From an uncultured Acidimicrobiaceae bacterium (GTDB taxonomy: Bacteria; Actinomycetota; Acidimicrobiia; Acidimicrobiales; RAAP-2), in NCBI GenBank assembly GCA_963753555.1, contig CAVWCV010000002.1, forward strand, positions 103,821 through 167,820: a DNA stretch of 64,000 nt. The letters are read 5' to 3'. The translations under genes were made by a program, and so were the position numbers. Each line of letters starts with the position of its first letter. The stretch's first letter is position 1. Shown in pieces: positions 60,480 through 64,000 of this stretch. A model generated the notes under the pieces. It did not search any database, was not told the origin of the DNA, and saw only the letters and a program-made list of their open reading frames with translations.

Positions 60480-61358
60480 CTACCCGGCGGGGATCTCGCC
60501 GAGTTTCGGGACGACCCGGTCCCCGATCTCGCTCACCCAGGACACCGGGTCGGGACCGGGGGGCATCACCTCGACCACTTCTACGCCGAGGCGGCCGTAC
60601 TCCTCCATCGAGGAGAGGAAGCCCGACACGTCGGCCACCGGGTCGGCGAAGGCGAGGATCGTGGTGCGGATGTCGGCCGGGTCCCGTCCCTCGGCGTCAC
60701 AGTGGCGGCGCAGCACCTCGAGTTTGTGGGCGACGACGCCCGGTTCGGGCGCGAACAGGTTGCACGCGTCCGCGTAGCGGGCGACCAGGCGGAGCGTCTT
60801 CCGCTCGCCGCTGCCGCCGACGAGGATCGGTGGCCGCGGCCGCTGGAGGGGCGGGGGCGAGCAGACCGTCTCGGCGAGGCGGTAGTGACGGCCCTCGTAG
60901 GGGCCGTCGTCGTCGCTCCACATCTGGAGGCAGATCCGGAGGGTCTCCTCGAGCCGTTCGAAGCGTTCGGCCACCGGGGGGAAGGGGACGCCGAGGCCGA
61001 GGTGCTCGCGCTCGTACCAGGCGGCACCGATGCCGAGCTGCGCCCTGCCCTCCGACAGCACGTCGAGCGTCGTCACGGTCTTCGCGAGCAGTCCCGGGTG
61101 ACGGTAGGTGACGCCGGTCACCAGTAGGCCGAGCCGGATCCGGTCGGTCCGGCCGGCCAGGTAGCCGAGCGAGGTGTAGCCCTCGAGCATCGGGTCGCGG
61201 GCGGTCGCCAGGTGCTCCATCTGGAACCAGTGGTCCATGAGGGTGAACGTGGAGCACCCGCCGTCTTCTGCCGCCCTGGCGGTGGCCGACAGCGTGTCCG
61301 CGAGCCGTTCGGGCCCACCGGGCAGGGTGAAATTGGCGAAATGGATGCCGAGCTGCAC
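60480..61358 (-). CDS. LLM-class F420/flavin-dependent oxidoreductase
   Basis: ORF 60480..61358(-), intact. Motifs present: MQLGIHFANFT, FTLMDHWFQM, LGLLVTGVTYRHPG, and GRAQLGIGAAWYE. Confidence 0.8.
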   Translation of the reverse strand: MQLGIHFANFTLPGGPERLADTLSATARAAEDGGCSTFTLMDHWFQMEHLATARDPMLEGYTSLGYLAGRTDRIRLGLLVTGVTYRHPGLLAKTVTTLDVLSEGRAQLGIGAAWYEREHLGLGVPFPPVAERFERLEETLRICLQMWSDDDGPYEGRHYRLAETVCSPPPLQRPRPPILVGGSGERKTLRLVARYADACNLFAPEPGVVAHKLEVLRRHCDAEGRDPADIRTTILAFADPVADVSGFLSSMEEYGRLGVEVVEVMPPGPDPVSWVSEIGDRVVPKLGEIPAG

Positions 61359-61442
61359 GGCGACCTCCTTGCGGCACGGCCCACGGTCGGGTGCGCGCCA
61401 CGGCCCAGCGTAGGTGGGCGTCCGCGTCCGGGGATGCGCGGG

Positions 61443-63182
61443 TCAGAGGACCCCGAGCGCCATCAGGCTGGCCGCCGCGTCGAGGTCGCCGTCGACGGCG
61501 AGCTGCTGGGAGATGAACGCGTCCGCGCCGGACAGCTCGCCGTTGACGATCTTCGTGAAGTCCTCGGCGCTCGCCCGCACCGTCGCCGATGCGTCGGGGG
61601 CCGCCTCGGCCAGATGGGTGACGGTGACCGAACCGTCGGCGGACCTCGAGCAGCCAGATCCCGCCGCCGTCGCCCGCGAGCTCGAACGGCCACCGCGAGG
61701 TCGAGCTGCTCGGCGGCCGACCTGTCCACCTTCGCCGGCAGGACGGTCCCGAAGAACTCGGCGGGGCCCGCGACCCGCACCACCGGCCGTTGCGCCCGGG
61801 CCCGTTCGGCGGGCATCACCGCGGCCTCCATCGCCTCGATCGACTCGGCCAGGATCTCGACGATCCGGTCGGCCGTCTCGCGGTCGATGGTGAGCGGCGG
61901 TGCCAGGCCGACCACCTCGAGGCCCATGGCCCGGCAGTAGAGCCCGCGCTCCCAGGCCTCGTGCTCGACCATCTCGCAGGCCTGGTGGGGATTGGCGAAG
62001 CCCCGGCCGGACGTCGAGTCGGCGACGAGCTCGATGCCGACCATCAGCCCGAGGCCGCGGACCTGGCCGACCGTCTCGAAGCGCTCGAGCTCCCGCAGCC
62101 GACTCGAGCAGGTAGTCGCCCATCTCGGCGGCGCCGACCGACCAGGTCCTCCTCCTCGATGATGGCGAGGTTGGCCAATGCGGCCGCGCAGGCGGCGGGA
62201 TGTCCCATGTAGGTGAAGCCGTGGCTGAAGGGCATCCGCTCCGGCAGCCGATCGCGGATGGTCTCCCAGACCTTGGTCGAGACGACCGACGCGCCGAGAG
62301 GCTGGTAGCCGCTGGTGAGGCCCTTGGCCAGGGTCACGATGTCGGGTCGTGTCGCCGAAGTGCTCGAAGCCGAAGCGGGTCCCGGTCCGGCCGAATCCGC
62401 AGACCACCTCGTCGGCGATGAAGAGGATGTCGTAGCGGTCGCAGATCCGGCGGATCTCCTCGAAGTAGCCGGGCGGGGGAGGAATGATGCCGCCGGCACC
62501 GATGACCGGCTCGGCGATGAAGGCGCCGACACTGTCGGGCCCCTGCTCTTCGACGTACTGCTCGAGCGTCCGCGCGCAGGCGAGCCCGCAGGAGGGGATA
62601 GGTCAGACCCAGCTCGCAGCGGTAGCAGTAGGGGGCGGGGATGTGCGCGAAGCCGTCGGCCACCGGGCCCGAAGTTCCAGTGCATGGGCATGATGCCGGT
62701 GGCGGACATGGTGGCGATGGTCAGCCCGTGGTACCCGTGGTGGCGTGCCACGATGGTCTTGCGCCGCTCCTCGCCGCGCAGGGCCCAGTACATCCGCACC
62801 AGCTTGAAGTTGCTCTCGTTGGCCTCCGATCCGCCCGACGCGAACATCACGTGGTCGAGTCCGAGCCCCGGAGGGAACTGGGCCGCGATCACCTCGGCGA
62901 GCTCGATGGCCTTCGGGTGGGACTGGCCGTGGAAGGTGGTGAAGTAGTCGAGCGTCCGCAGCTGGTCGGCGACGGCGTCGATGATCCGCTCGCGCCCGTG
63001 CCCGACGGCCACGCACCACAGACCGGCGAAGCCGTCGATGATGCGCCGGCCGCGGTCGTCGGTGAGCCACCAGCCGTCCGCCTCGACCACGATCCGCGGT
63101 CCGACGGTGTCATCTCCCGCGGGGAGGTGACCGGGTGGATCAGGTGTGCGGCGTCGCGCCGCCCGAGCTCGGAGATGGTCAT
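61443..63182 (-). pseudogene. class-III (omega) aminotransferase continuing in-frame into a C-terminal SCP2 sterol-carrier-like domain, at least 7 frameshifts
   Basis: Aminotransferase pieces include MTISELGRRDAAHLIHP, GFAGLWCVAVGHGRERI, FASGGSEANE, DEVVCGFGRTG, and IVTLAKGLTSGYQPLGA. The SCP2-like tail reads FELAGDGGGIWLLEV | ADGSVTVTHLAEAAPDASATVRASAEDFTKIVNGELSGADAFISQQLAVDGDLDAAASLMALGVL*. Confidence 0.6.
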
Positions 63183-63206
63183 CGGTACCGCTCTCTTTCG
63201 TCGTGG

Positions 63207-63849
63207 TCATCGCGACCGCCGCGTGGAATCGGCAGGCGGCTCGGGCCGGTCGACGGCGGCGGCGAGGCGAGCGCCCTCGGGGTGCAGCGACTCGATGAGG
63301 TGCTCGATGACCGCCACCGTCGGTCCGCGGTCACCGGTGCGGAGCACGTGAAGGGTCGCCTCCACCCAGGCCCCGACCAGCACCCGGGCGAGCGCCTCGG
63401 GGTCGAGCGGGACGATCTCGCCCCGGGCGATGGCCGCGGCGAGCACACCCTTGACCAGCCCGAGCGCGATCTCCTGGTCGCGCCGCCCGCTCTCGTCGAG
63501 CGCGGGGATCGTCCAGGCGTCCCGCAGGAAGAACCGGGCCGTCCCCAGGGTGCCGAGCGCCCGCAGGAACGCGTCGAAGGCGTGGCGCATGTTGGCGACG
63601 ATGTCGCCCTCGGGGTCGAACTCGGCCAGGGCCGCCTCGGTGAGCCGCTCGTAGAGATCGTGCTGGAGATCGCGGCCGAGGTCGTCCTTGTCGGCGAACC
63701 AGTAGTAGACGGCCCCCTTGGTGACCCCCGCGGCATCGGCGATCTCCTCCATGGTCACCGCGGCGAACCCGCGCTCGGCGAAGAGCTCGAGCGCCACCGA
63801 CCAGGATCCGGTCGCGGGTCTCCATACCCTTCGGGTTGCGCCGCGCCAT
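63207..63849 (-). pseudogene. TetR/AcrR family transcriptional regulator, 1 frameshift near 63797
   Basis: MARRNPKGMETRDRIL is in ORF 63331..63849. ALELFAERGFAAVTMEEIADAAGVTKGAVYYWF (the HTH) and the remainder are in ORF 63207..63797. Confidence 0.75.
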
Positions 63850-63854
63850 TGCGG

Positions 63855-64000
63855 CTAGCCCTGGCTCCGCTGCGACCGGACGAACTCGGCGGCGCCCGCG
63901 AGGAACCCGGCCGGGTCCTGCGCCTTGCCGGACGCGAACTCGGCGAAGTACTCGGGGACGTACACCGACAGCGCTTCTGCGGCGACGCCCGCCGAGGATC
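63855..64000 (-). CDS. 3' end of an unidentified gene (partial, runs off the window)
   Basis: An open frame on the minus strand reads ...AEALSVYVPEYFAEFASGKAQDPAGFLAGAAEFVRSQRSQG*, with a TAG at 63855-63857. This is 6 nt upstream of the TetR start. Third-position GC looks coding-like. No family was recognised. Confidence 0.3.
   Translation of the reverse strand, partial: SSAGVAAEALSVYVPEYFAEFASGKAQDPAGFLAGAAEFVRSQRSQG

Noticed and set aside
5361-63849. Programmed ribosomal frameshifting or IS-mediated disruption as the cause of the frame changes.
   Set aside because: There are far too many sites (several per gene, in unrelated families). I saw no slippery heptamer or pseudoknot pattern. No transposase, inverted repeats or target duplications occur at the junctions.
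1-64000. A search for tRNA, rRNA, defence systems, toxin-antitoxin pairs, prophage or integrative elements.
   Set aside because: The intergenic regions are short (mostly under 250 bp) and none showed a tRNA-like cloverleaf or rRNA-like sequence by eye. No nuclease, helicase, methylase-restriction, integrase or capsid-type proteins were recognised. A by-eye scan cannot exclude small ncRNAs.

Overview
This is a dense, high-GC segment of about 55 genes that looks actinobacterial (inferred from composition and protein families only). I recognised no rRNA, tRNA, CRISPR array, transposase, integrase or phage gene.

Layout:
- 0.1-5.4 kb: a DsbA-like protein, an aldo/keto reductase, a histidine phosphatase, and a translationally coupled MurL-like/MurD2-like pair. 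The pair fits the alternative L-Glu ligase plus epimerase route to the D-Glu of peptidoglycan.
- 5.4-63.9 kb: a paralog-rich acyl-CoA/lipid catabolic island. It holds 9 acyl-CoA dehydrogenases, 5 acyl-CoA synthetases, 4 enoyl-CoA hydratases, 2 thiolases, an HMG-CoA-synthase-like/DUF35 fusion, 2 CoA-transferases and 3 amidohydrolases. It also holds 2 LLM-type oxidoreductases, 2 SDRs, a P450, a ferredoxin, an aldehyde dehydrogenase, a copper amine oxidase, a class-III aminotransferase joined to an SCP2 domain, a Liv-type ABC importer and a TetR regulator.

Main observations:
1. An AT-rich array of four 37-bp tandem units made of alternating 11-bp inverted arms lies at 20501-20645. No listed feature type explains it.
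2. An ACAD10/11-like dehydrogenase, an APH-type kinase and an SDR form a trio that resembles the 4-hydroxyacyl-CoA (lva-type) route.
3. An archaeal-style HMGCS-like/DUF35 plus SCPx-thiolase module is present.
4. About 24 genes can only be read through by changing frame one to ten or more times. These frameshifts occur in patches, separated by 5-11 kb stretches with none. I suspect local assembly or consensus error more than real gene decay, but this needs read-level checking.

All product calls rest on motif and family recognition by eye; no database search was run.
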